Shown here: positions 9,672 through 18,249 of the stretch, piece by piece
How the letters are laid out: every line of letters starts with the position of its first letter
Position numbering within the stretch: position 1 is the stretch's first letter
DNA from: an uncultured virus (IMG/VR IMGVR_UViG_3300021255_000141)
Lineage: Duplodnaviria; Heunggongvirae; Uroviricota; Caudoviricetes
Direction: 5' to 3' (one strand)
Virus record (IMG/VR): IMGVR_UViG_3300021255_000141
DNA length: 64,000 nucleotides
Notes under the pieces: model-generated
What the model was told of the DNA's origin: nothing
The model's input: the letters and a program-made list of their open reading frames with translations, nothing else
The model's database searches: none
Translations under genes and position numbers: made by a program

Positions 9672-9986
9672 TTAATCTGTTATTGAATGATAGAAACTTA
9701 AATCGTCTCCATTGAAGTTTTCATAGATGTAATCTTCACATTGTTGCCATAGTTTATTATATACCTTTGCTAATGGTTCATTTGTTTCATATAATTGCCA
9801 TATTTTATGATTGAGTGTCATTGCCAGTTCAGTCATATATTTAATATTGCCTTTAAAACTTTTTAAACTCCTTTTATAAGTGTCTTCAATGGCTGATTTA
9901 CCAAATTTATCTGCAATGGTGAAATCCTCCCAGAATGTAGTCTCGACTCTTTCATCGTTTCTATCTGAACAACTTGGTATTAACAT
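9672..9986 (-). CDS. Hypothetical protein
   Basis: AAGGAG RBS; promoter. Confidence 0.8.
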   Translation of the reverse strand: MLIPSCSDRNDERVETTFWEDFTIADKFGKSAIEDTYKRSLKSFKGNIKYMTELAMTLNHKIWQLYETNEPLAKVYNKLWQQCEDYIYENFNGDDLSFYHSITD

Positions 9987-10105
9987 ATATACCACTCCTT
10001 TCTCTATCTATATTATATCATATATTATAAATAAGTCAATACCCTGAAGACGAATCGTCTGCAGGATTCATGAGCACGGCATACACTCCCTTTAAAAAGG
10101 GATTT

Positions 10106-10210
10106 TTATCTCCCTTTATGCTTTTTATATTTAGTTAAACTACTTGCAAGATATGGCTTCAAATTATTATTGAGACACCATTCAAGATAGTCAATATACC
10201 ATTGTGGCAT
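10106..10210 (-). CDS. 34-aa peptide MPQWYIDYLEWCLNNNLKP... (not in ORF track)
   Basis: Translated by hand; AGGAGG RBS 7 nt upstream. Confidence 0.6.
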   Translation of the reverse strand: MPQWYIDYLEWCLNNNLKPYLASSLTKYKKHKGR

Positions 10211-10223
10211 ATCATACACCTCC

Positions 10224-10484
10224 TTAATTATTAATAATAATGCTTTCAACATTTGAATATTTTATTGTTGCATTATCATCAATTTCTAGAATATCTTCTT
10301 TAAAATCTAAATCATTAACATCAGCAAAAATTACTGTTGAATTAATGGTAATTTTAATTCCCTCTCTAAAAGTTATATATGGCATATCCTCTTTTTCTTC
10401 TTTTTCTAAAATGTTAAAATCGAATTTTAATCCTAAATCTACACATTGAGCCATAACATCTTTCATTATATCTTCTTTTTTCAT
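10224..10484 (-). CDS. Acidic hypothetical protein
   Basis: GAGGTG RBS; promoter. Confidence 0.75.
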   Translation of the reverse strand: MKKEDIMKDVMAQCVDLGLKFDFNILEKEEKEDMPYITFREGIKITINSTVIFADVNDLDFKEDILEIDDNATIKYSNVESIIINN

Positions 10485-10603
10485 TGCCCTCACCTCTTTA
10501 CACTTATATTATACCATATAATGTTATATTGTCAACTATATTTTTAAATTTTTTTCAATCTGGATAAGGCACGGATATCAGGAACAAAATAAAAGACTCA
10601 GGA

Positions 10604-10954
10604 TTATCCCTGAGCCTTCTTAGTTGGAACATATTTTTTATATGTTGGTAGAAGTTCATATGCTTGGTAAGAACCAAATCCTTGGAACCATTTAACGCCT
10701 TCCATTTTCTTAACTATTCCTAGTTTTTCAAGCAATGGCATTACCTTGTCCACTCCGTCATATTCTTTAGAGAAGAATTGGTTTTCTTCAAGTAATGGTG
10801 TCCCATCAACCCATACGCTACAATCACATATAGGTCCTTCCTCTAAATCCTCTACCTCTAGATAAGTTCCACCATTGGCATACTCATCTACTACCAATAT
10901 ACAATTTTTAAATGTTCCGAAATCGGTTTTTAATTGAAATGTTTCCATACTCAT
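10604..10954 (-). CDS. Hypothetical protein (DUF4313-like)
   Basis: YANG...EGP...GFGSY pattern; weak family recall. Confidence 0.55.
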   Translation of the reverse strand: MSMETFQLKTDFGTFKNCILVVDEYANGGTYLEVEDLEEGPICDCSVWVDGTPLLEENQFFSKEYDGVDKVMPLLEKLGIVKKMEGVKWFQGFGSYQAYELLPTYKKYVPTKKAQG

Positions 10955-11020
10955 TTCTCCTTTCTACACTTATATTATATCATATAGTATAATAGGTGTC
11001 AAGAAGAAATTTCTGCACGG

Positions 11021-11158
11021 TTAACATTCTTCAATTATTACTTTATACTGTTCATCAGGTTGCTGTTCTTGGCATTTTTTAATAAACTCAGCAGCCTTTT
11101 TAATGGTGTCGAAAACACCTAACTCCTTATCGTCGTTAGTAACAATATAATTCTTCAT
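11021..11158 (-). CDS. Small protein MKNYIV...
   Basis: AAGGA RBS; promoter-like sequence at about 11187-11220. Confidence 0.7.
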   Translation of the reverse strand: MKNYIVTNDDKELGVFDTIKKAAEFIKKCQEQQPDEQYKVIIEEC

Positions 11159-11254
11159 TTGTGTGTACCGTTCCTTTCCGATTGCAATTATATAATAACG
11201 TCCAATCATGCTGCTGTCAATATGCACGGATAACAATCTAAAAAAAAGAGAGGC

Positions 11255-11653
11255 TTAGTTAGCCTCGTCTATTAATACTTGTAATCTTTTAATGGCATCA
11301 CTTAATCTTTCATCATCACATTCAAATACATTGATTTGGGATTTGATGTAATCTAGACTATCTTGTGGAGTATAACCATTAAATTCTTCCATTGGTCTTA
11401 AAACTCTTTTAGTAAGATTAACTGTTCTTGTTTCAAATTCATCTATTACTATATTAAACTCATCAATTTGTTTCTCAATGTGTTTTTTCTTAGAATACAT
11501 AGTAACTAAATTTTGAACTCTAAATGCTATACGAGCACCTAATCCTCTATTTAAAATATCATCTCTTAATTCCTTAGGTGTCCAACCGTAGAATTCATGA
11601 GTTTCACCATTAACTGTTATTTTCGCCCTTCTATACTTTTGTTCTCTAATCAT
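11255..11653 (-). CDS. Hypothetical protein
   Basis: RBS, promoter and terminator present. Confidence 0.8.
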   Translation of the reverse strand: MIREQKYRRAKITVNGETHEFYGWTPKELRDDILNRGLGARIAFRVQNLVTMYSKKKHIEKQIDEFNIVIDEFETRTVNLTKRVLRPMEEFNGYTPQDSLDYIKSQINVFECDDERLSDAIKRLQVLIDEAN

Positions 11654-11754
11654 ATCAATCATATCCTTTCTATTTATATTATACTGTATGATATATCATT
11701 TGTCAACTCCTGATTTAGGCACGGATTTGAATCCTAAAGAAAAGCCTGATTGAT

Positions 11755-12144
11755 TCAGGCTCTTCTATATAATCCTGCTTTCCACAGATTATGTAGTGGA
11801 TGGTCTTCGCTTTCATAATCTTTTTGTCTTACTCTTATTAAATATTTTTCCACTTTTTCTACATCTTCTTTTTTATCACTCATACAATGCATACTCATAA
11901 AAAGTTTTTCACCATTGGTGTTTCCTAAGTAAATATATCCTCTTTCATAAATTAACTTAAATTGTTGATTTGGATATTCTTCATAAATATCAACAACTCT
12001 TGGGCTTTCTCCGTCATCGTTTAAATGATACCTTGGAATACGTCCTTTTTCATTGATTCTTTTTACTTCTTCATATTTAGGGTCCATTGCGTCAAACATA
12101 GTAGCAAACGCATTAGCCATTCCCTCTTTTCCTGTATAATTCAT
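11755..12144 (-). CDS. Hypothetical protein
   Basis: AAGGAG RBS; promoter. Confidence 0.8.
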   Translation of the reverse strand: MNYTGKEGMANAFATMFDAMDPKYEEVKRINEKGRIPRYHLNDDGESPRVVDIYEEYPNQQFKLIYERGYIYLGNTNGEKLFMSMHCMSDKKEDVEKVEKYLIRVRQKDYESEDHPLHNLWKAGLYRRA

Positions 12145-12247
12145 AATACATCATCTCCTTCTATCTATATTATACTACATAATAGTATACAAGTCAATAT
12201 CTAATATAAAATTATTGACACTATTATATTAGACGATATAAAGAACC

Positions 12248-12444
12248 TGGAATTTTTTTTGCACGGTAATATATATATATTATATATAAATATATATATT
12301 AAATTCTATTTTTTGTATTTTTCAGAAAATGTTAACAATTATTATAGAAAAATAAATTTATAATAAAAAGTTTATGATTTTTTGAAATTTTACAAAAAAT
12401 TAAAAGTTATTTATATAATAAATAAAATGTCAAAAAAAATTCCA
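12248..12444. repeat. 14-bp inverted repeat flanking an extremely AT-rich non-coding tract (candidate origin)
   Basis: TGGAATTTTTTTTG 12248-12261 / CAAAAAAAATTCCA 12431-12444; (AT)n run 12267-12300. Confidence 0.55.
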
Positions 12445-12473
12445 AGTAGTCTAAATATAAAAAAAAGATAGAT

Positions 12474-12710
12474 TTAATAATCTATCTTAACCCATTCTGA
12501 TGGTTTATATTCACCATCACTGTCTTCTATCCAATTTTGAACTGCTACAAGTGTTTTACCTTCATATATTTCTATATTCTCACCATAATGTGTTAAACTG
12601 CGAAAGTTTCTTTCTACATAATTAATGGCACCATCAACACCTCCAAGTCTCCATGTGGGATTATCACCATTTGGTAAATATACGCCTTTGATTGTATAAA
12701 CTGACAACAT
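12474..12710 (-). CDS. Hypothetical protein, tandem paralog of 12806-13039
   Basis: Shared TIKGxYLxNGxNPT...GAI.Y...GE...EGxT..A.Q.WI. Confidence 0.85.
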   Translation of the reverse strand: MLSVYTIKGVYLPNGDNPTWRLGGVDGAINYVERNFRSLTHYGENIEIYEGKTLVAVQNWIEDSDGEYKPSEWVKIDY

Positions 12711-12805
12711 ATTATCATCTCCTTCTATACTCTTATTATATCACATATTATAATGTTGTCAAGTGTTTTTTTTAACACGGTATATAACACATGAAAAAAG
12801 ATAGG

Positions 12806-13039
12806 CTAACGACCTATCATTTTCCACTTCTGAGGTTCCCAATACTCGCCACTCTCATCTACACCTTTAATCCATTTTTGAATAGCCATTGGCGTTTCAC
12901 CTTCACATATTACTACATCTTCACCTATGTGTATAAATTGAGAACTGCTGGCATATTTGATGGCTCCGTTAAGTGTTCCAAAATATGTTGGGTTTTCTCC
13001 GTTATTTAAATATAATCCCTTAATTGTAAAAATTGTCAT
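12806..13039 (-). CDS. Hypothetical protein, tandem paralog of 12474-12710
   Basis: Same shared motifs. Confidence 0.85.
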   Translation of the reverse strand: MTIFTIKGLYLNNGENPTYFGTLNGAIKYASSSQFIHIGEDVVICEGETPMAIQKWIKGVDESGEYWEPQKWKMIGR

Positions 13040-13118
13040 ATTATCACTCCCTTGTAATTATATTATACCATATTATATAACATAGTCAAGTAGTTTTTAA
13101 AAAAATATTTTTCGTCTG

Positions 13119-13147
13119 TTGACACGGATTATAAAAAATATTATAAT
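13119..13147 (+). promoter_or_regulatory. Consensus sigma70 promoter for head genes, divergent from the cassette array
   Basis: TTGACA 13119-13124, 17 nt, TATAAT 13142-13147. Confidence 0.8.
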
Positions 13148-13205
13148 TAGTGTAAGGATGACCAGTTCCATAATTCTGGGTATAACTCAAACGGAGGTAA
13201 CGTTA

Positions 13206-13970
13206 ATGAATAAACTTAATGAGGAAAATTTAATTGAAGAAAAGGACACTTCATTAGACGATACTCATGCGTCTATAGACGAGCCAACAGTCGAAGAGCC
13301 TGTAGGTGACGTTGAACCTAAACCTGAAGAAGATAATGTTCCAGTAGAGGATACTCCTGTTGAACCTGAAGTTCCTGCAGATAACACGGTTGAACCTGAA
13401 GCAGAACCAGAACCAGAAGTAGTAGAACCTCAACCTGAACCAGAAGCAACATTTACTCAAAGCCAAGTAAACGAAATGATTGGTAAAGTTAGACAAGAGG
13501 CTCGAGAGAGAACTATGAAAGAACTTTATGAACGTTATGGTGTAAATGATGATGAGGAATTGAACAGTATTTTTGGAAATGGTCAGAACTATGGAATTTT
13601 AAAAGGAGACTTCGATGGTCTTAATACAAAATATTCAGAAGCGATGACAGAAAATGCTCTTTTAAAAAGTCAGGTAATTCCTTCTAGATGGGACGATGTT
13701 AAAGCAATTCTATCTGCTAAGGGATTAGACATCACGGCTGAAAATATTGCAGCAGAGATGAACACACATCCTGAGTGGAACAGATATGATGGTTCTGTAG
13801 AGGCTCAACCTAAACAAATTATCACACCTGAGATAGCCGAAAATCTATCATCTCAAATGAAGCCTGAATATAAGCCAAGTGTGATTAGCAGACTTGGTGG
13901 TTCTATTCCTAAATCACCTGTTGAAGATGACACGGAAGAAGAAAGAACATTAAAGATGTTTAATATTTAA
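13206..13970 (+). CDS. Capsid scaffolding protein
   Basis: Acidic Pro/Glu N-terminus, TFTQSQVNEMI motif, coiled coil, position before capsid; GGAGG RBS. Confidence 0.75.
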   Translation: MNKLNEENLIEEKDTSLDDTHASIDEPTVEEPVGDVEPKPEEDNVPVEDTPVEPEVPADNTVEPEAEPEPEVVEPQPEPEATFTQSQVNEMIGKVRQEARERTMKELYERYGVNDDEELNSIFGNGQNYGILKGDFDGLNTKYSEAMTENALLKSQVIPSRWDDVKAILSAKGLDITAENIAAEMNTHPEWNRYDGSVEAQPKQIITPEIAENLSSQMKPEYKPSVISRLGGSIPKSPVEDDTEEERTLKMFNI

Positions 13971-13984
13971 TAGGAGGAAAGAAA

Positions 13985-14347
13985 ATGACTGATACAGAAG
14001 TTAAAGATGCCGTTCAGCAATTAAAGTCTGAAGGGTATGATGAATCTCAAATTATTGGTGGTTACTTCGATATGTTCAAAAATGGCGAAATTGATTTCGA
14101 TGGTTTCCAAGGTATTCTATCTGTAATGGGATACGAAGTTACTGACGAATTCAAGAATATGTCTGATGAAGAGAAGAAGAAACAAGAATGGAGTTCTGAA
14201 GAAGAGCCAACTGGTGAAACTGATGAACGAGCACCAAAAGAGATTGATGATGAGTCTGAGTCTAAGTCTGAACCTGAAGATGACGAAGAGTCTAAGGCTA
14301 TGGAAATGTTCGGAGTTAAGGACAAGAAGGACGAAGACGAAGAATAA
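13985..14347 (+). CDS. Acidic head-associated protein
   Basis: Between scaffold and capsid; C-terminus resembles scaffold C-terminus. Confidence 0.6.
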   Translation: MTDTEVKDAVQQLKSEGYDESQIIGGYFDMFKNGEIDFDGFQGILSVMGYEVTDEFKNMSDEEKKKQEWSSEEEPTGETDERAPKEIDDESESKSEPEDDEESKAMEMFGVKDKKDEDEE

Positions 14348-14422
14348 AAACATGTAAATAACACGGTTACCTGGAATTTTGCATAATAATAATTATAGAA
14401 AAAGGAAAGGTAAAAAAGAATT

Positions 14423-15625
14423 ATGGCAAATAATTATATTTCATTAATTACAAAGTATTCTACTAAGGCATTTGACAAGGTTTATAAACAAGAATCTCGT
14501 TCTGCTTTACTAGATGCACCATCAGCAAATGTTCAATGGACAGGAGCAAAAACAGTTAAAATCGGAAAGTTCCAATCTGGAGGATTAAATAACTATTACA
14601 GAAATAATAATGGTGACCCTAGAGTTAATACAGGAAGTACACCAGGATTATATGGATTCGGATACCAACGTTCACAAGTTGGATTCATTTGGGAAGAGTT
14701 CACTGTTAGACAAGACAGAGGAGCACAATATCCAATTGAATTATTCGATAATGAAGAAACAGATGGTAATGTATTAGCAGCAGCAACTACTGAAATTTCA
14801 AGAACACAAATTATTCCTGAAGTTGATGCATACTGTTTCTCAGAAATTGCATCTAAGTGTTCTGCTGATTTAGGAAACCTAGCAACTACTGCAATTACTA
14901 AGTCAAATGTATATGAAGAGTTAAATAAAGGTCTATTATACATGGAAGAGCACGAAGTTGAAGCAGATAATACAATTATCTTCACATCACCTGCATTATA
15001 TAATACATTACGTAATGCAAATGCTGATATGTCACGTATTGTTCAAAATAAAGAGAGCAAGGGTGTAAACTTCGCTATGGGAGAGTACGAAGGAAGAGAC
15101 ATCGTTTCAGTAGCACCTGCTCGTTTCAGAACTAATATTGACTTATCAGGAGAGGGAGTTGCATGGGGAGCAAACTCTAAGGCAATTGACTTCTTAATTC
15201 TTGCTAAGGATGCAGTAATGCACGTAGTTAAGTATAATAAAGTTAAGATTCTAGAAGGAGACGTAGTAACTGCTCTAGGATTTGATGGATACTTATTAAC
15301 TGCTCGTATTTATCACGATGTATTCGTACAAGATAATAAGAGATATGCAATCTACGCTCATGTAAGCGATACTGCAGCACTTGCTAATAAGTTAGTAGTA
15401 GATGTAGAAAACGGAAAGATTTCTGCGATGGTAACATTCCCTGGAGATAAGTTATACTTCGTAGGAACATCATCTGAGTCAACTACTCCATCAGTTGGAG
15501 ATACAGCAGATTCAACTAAGTTCACAGTAGCAAATATTGGAGACGCTGTAACACAAACAACTACATTCTTAGCAGTTGATAGTAACTACAAGGTTGTTGC
15601 TACATACACTGTAACAGTTGCTTAA
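14423..15625 (+). CDS. Major capsid protein (HK97 fold) with C-terminal extension
   Basis: GAKTVKI...GLxxYxR...QDRG...IPEVDAY...RIYHDVFV motifs; highly biased codon use. Confidence 0.85.
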   Translation: MANNYISLITKYSTKAFDKVYKQESRSALLDAPSANVQWTGAKTVKIGKFQSGGLNNYYRNNNGDPRVNTGSTPGLYGFGYQRSQVGFIWEEFTVRQDRGAQYPIELFDNEETDGNVLAAATTEISRTQIIPEVDAYCFSEIASKCSADLGNLATTAITKSNVYEELNKGLLYMEEHEVEADNTIIFTSPALYNTLRNANADMSRIVQNKESKGVNFAMGEYEGRDIVSVAPARFRTNIDLSGEGVAWGANSKAIDFLILAKDAVMHVVKYNKVKILEGDVVTALGFDGYLLTARIYHDVFVQDNKRYAIYAHVSDTAALANKLVVDVENGKISAMVTFPGDKLYFVGTSSESTTPSVGDTADSTKFTVANIGDAVTQTTTFLAVDSNYKVVATYTVTVA

Positions 15626-15640
15626 TAAAATAATAAAATT

Positions 15641-15669
15641 AAGGTAGGTAGAAATATCTACCTTTTTTT
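15641..15669 (+). terminator. Intrinsic terminator after capsid gene
   Basis: AAGGTAGGTA-GAAA-TATCTACCTT plus T-run. Confidence 0.8.
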
Positions 15670-15701
15670 GTTATAATTAAAATATAAGGTGGGGTGAGTA
15701 A

Positions 15702-16001
15702 ATGAAAGGTAAGAGTTTAGTTTATTATAAATTAAGCGAGGCGTATAGATTAAATAAAATTGCTAAAATGGGGAATTATAAGTTATATAAAGAGAAAAAT
15801 AGATTAATAATCGAGAGTCTAGGTATAATATATGAAAATAAAATTCCCACAATTTCATGTAAAGCACAGAAGGAGAAATATAAAGGAGAGTGGATTAAAA
15901 TCGATATATATTTTGATGATTATGTAGAGAATTATCACTTCTCGTTTCACATGCCGCTGAATATGGAGAGTAAAATTAGTAAATATATAGGTATTGATTA
16001 A
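15702..16001 (+). CDS. Basic hypothetical protein (moron-like)
   Basis: ORF with TATAAT at 15672. Confidence 0.65.
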   Translation: MKGKSLVYYKLSEAYRLNKIAKMGNYKLYKEKNRLIIESLGIIYENKIPTISCKAQKEKYKGEWIKIDIYFDDYVENYHFSFHMPLNMESKISKYIGID

Positions 16002-16058
16002 AAAATATAATTGATTTATAATATAATTATAAAAGTTATAAAAAGGAGAACGCATAAA

Positions 16059-17066
16059 ATGAAATACAGTGAAGAATCAAGTAAAACTGGTGGTGCAACT
16101 AAGTACACAGGAAAATATAGTAAGAAAGATTTAGGTGGGTTAGGAAAATTTATTTCTGACGACAGTTTTGGTAATTATCAGGAATCTACAGGTGGAGGAA
16201 CACCACTTGATAAGGGTGAAAAATTAAAAGACCATCCTGAGGCTAAAAGGGTTATGCAGCCACGAGATAAAGAAGGAAAGTTCACATATAACTCAGTTAA
16301 TGGTAAGACACTTGCGTATGGACCATCGAGAGGAACAACAATTCCACCATTTTTACGTGGAAGCAATGCTAAATTAGTTCAACAAGGGACTATTTTCAAT
16401 GAAATGAGTGAAGATAAGCAGAAGGTTGCACAACAATGGATGGCGACTATTGGTATGACTAAGGAAGAATTAATTGAAAGATGTAAGTACTTTATGGAGA
16501 AGAAGAGTGCTAGAGGAGATTTAAGTAATAAAGATGTTGGTGCTAGATTTGCTGATATGGGAGAAGGTTCAGTTGCTAAGAAGACAACATTCTCACCATC
16601 TGCCACATATAAAGCAGGAGAAGGAAATACAGGAGCCGTTGCTAAGACAGCATCATCTGTTAGAGGTAATCTAAAGGCTATTACTGAAGCAGCGAAGAAA
16701 TATAAAGGTGGAGATATTCCAGTTAGTTGGTTAAAGAAAAAGACTACACCAGCACCTGTACCTGCTCAAAAACCTACACCTGCACCTACACCTACACCTG
16801 ATAATACTCAAACTGGTGGGAAAACTGGTTCAGGTTCAGGTAGTGATAATAATGTTAAACAACAACCAACAAAACAACTAAATTTTGATGATGCTAAGAA
16901 TAATCCAGAAAAATTTATTAATGATAACTTTGATGAATTAAATGAATTAAATGAATTAGCAGAAAGCAAAGGAATTTCTTTGGATGTTGATGATTTAGTT
17001 AAACAATTTGGAGAAGGAAAATATAAAGACTTCCAATCTATTAAGGATTTAATTAATAATTTATAG
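16059..17066 (+). CDS. Putative internal head protein with PRDxxGKF motif and Pro/Thr linker
   Basis: QPRDKEGKFT; PAPVPAQKPTPAPTPTP; AAGGAG RBS. Confidence 0.55.
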   Translation: MKYSEESSKTGGATKYTGKYSKKDLGGLGKFISDDSFGNYQESTGGGTPLDKGEKLKDHPEAKRVMQPRDKEGKFTYNSVNGKTLAYGPSRGTTIPPFLRGSNAKLVQQGTIFNEMSEDKQKVAQQWMATIGMTKEELIERCKYFMEKKSARGDLSNKDVGARFADMGEGSVAKKTTFSPSATYKAGEGNTGAVAKTASSVRGNLKAITEAAKKYKGGDIPVSWLKKKTTPAPVPAQKPTPAPTPTPDNTQTGGKTGSGSGSDNNVKQQPTKQLNFDDAKNNPEKFINDNFDELNELNELAESKGISLDVDDLVKQFGEGKYKDFQSIKDLINNL

Positions 17067-17080
17067 GAGGATTAATAAAA

Positions 17081-18037
17081 ATGGCGACAAAATCAGATAA
17101 TATTATAGGTAATCCCTGGCACAGTGAAGCCGACGGAAAATTTGTATCAGGTAATAAAAATGATTTGCCGTCATTTTTATCATTCAAAACTGATGATAAT
17201 ATCAACGGTATAAGTTTTTTAAAAAAAGGCGGAAGTGTAAAAAATAGTTTATTTGATAAGGCTAAAAAAGACCGCTGGTGGAAGTATAATAAAAAACGTA
17301 CAGTTGATGATGTTGTAAAAAACATTGGAGATTATTTTGATGACGAAATTCTTGGCGTACTTGAAAAATATGGTTGGAAAAGTTGCGATAGTATGAATGC
17401 TGGCAGAACCAGTCATTCATATATTAACAAGCCGCTGTTAAACGCGATTGCTAGTAAGCAATTCAGACCACTTAATATAATGGATACATCAAAATTTGAC
17501 AATTTATTCAATCCTATTAAAAGAGCGGTATTAGGTTCGTATTATAATAAAACAAACGCACAAAGAACACAAAGTTATTCTTTTTGTGAAAGAGGATTTA
17601 ATAATAAAGATATAATAAATTATTATTTAGGAAGGAAAAGTCAAGATTTAAAATTACCTGCAGGTGCATGTGGTAGTTGTATATATACAGCGTATGACGG
17701 ACAAACAAGTAAATCTTATGGTCGTTATCAGATGAAATTTTTAGTTGATAATTCTAAGGCTTACACTATGACTGATAGAGATGCTAGATATTATAAATCT
17801 CAACTTGAAATGAGAATGCCAGAAATAGAACAAGGAATTAGAAATAAACTTGCTAATAACCCTAAATATGCCAATTATACTGATAAAGTTATACATATAT
17901 TTAAAAATAATTTAAGAGATGAGACGTTTGTTCCGCTATTAATGGGAGCCGACATGGTATACGAAGAGGGAAGCGATTATGGTTTGATATTAAATTTTGG
18001 TGATGTATATACTAGAGAGGACTGGGGAGATATATGA
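17081..18037 (+). CDS. Putative effector 1: shared leader plus ADP-ribosyltransferase-like domain
   Basis: Leader IGNPWHSEADGKF; ERG...GACGSCIYTA...SYG...GAD...YGLILN resembles phage ART toxin domains. Confidence 0.5.
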   Translation: MATKSDNIIGNPWHSEADGKFVSGNKNDLPSFLSFKTDDNINGISFLKKGGSVKNSLFDKAKKDRWWKYNKKRTVDDVVKNIGDYFDDEILGVLEKYGWKSCDSMNAGRTSHSYINKPLLNAIASKQFRPLNIMDTSKFDNLFNPIKRAVLGSYYNKTNAQRTQSYSFCERGFNNKDIINYYLGRKSQDLKLPAGACGSCIYTAYDGQTSKSYGRYQMKFLVDNSKAYTMTDRDARYYKSQLEMRMPEIEQGIRNKLANNPKYANYTDKVIHIFKNNLRDETFVPLLMGADMVYEEGSDYGLILNFGDVYTREDWGDI

Positions 18038-18246
18038 TATTAGATAAAAATGATGCTTTAGATAGAAAAGTTATGAAAGTACTAGTAGAAACAGACCCTC
18101 ATATAGATATTGTTGAAGATATTGATATGTATTTAAAGGGTATGACTCCTACGTTATCAGAATTTACAGTTAAATTTCTAGAAAAGAATCCAAATATGAT
18201 AAGTAATTTAAGAGAACAAATAAGAATCGCTGAAGAGGAGGATTAA
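18034..18246 (+). CDS. Small acidic protein, putative immunity to effector 1
   Basis: ATGA overlap with effector stop. Confidence 0.45.
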   Translation: MILDKNDALDRKVMKVLVETDPHIDIVEDIDMYLKGMTPTLSEFTVKFLEKNPNMISNLREQIRIAEEED

Positions 18247-18249
18247 TAT

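Noticed and set aside
2692..13009. Plus-strand ORFs in the cassette array (2692, 4009, 5639, 8598, 10240, 12791)
   Set aside because: They overlap better-supported minus-strand genes, promoters or terminators and have no RBS
435..13100. Integron cassette array or CRISPR array
   Set aside because: No integrase, no attC GTTRRRY/RYYYAAC structure, cassettes carry their own promoters, and the repeat is only 5-7 bp at irregular spacing
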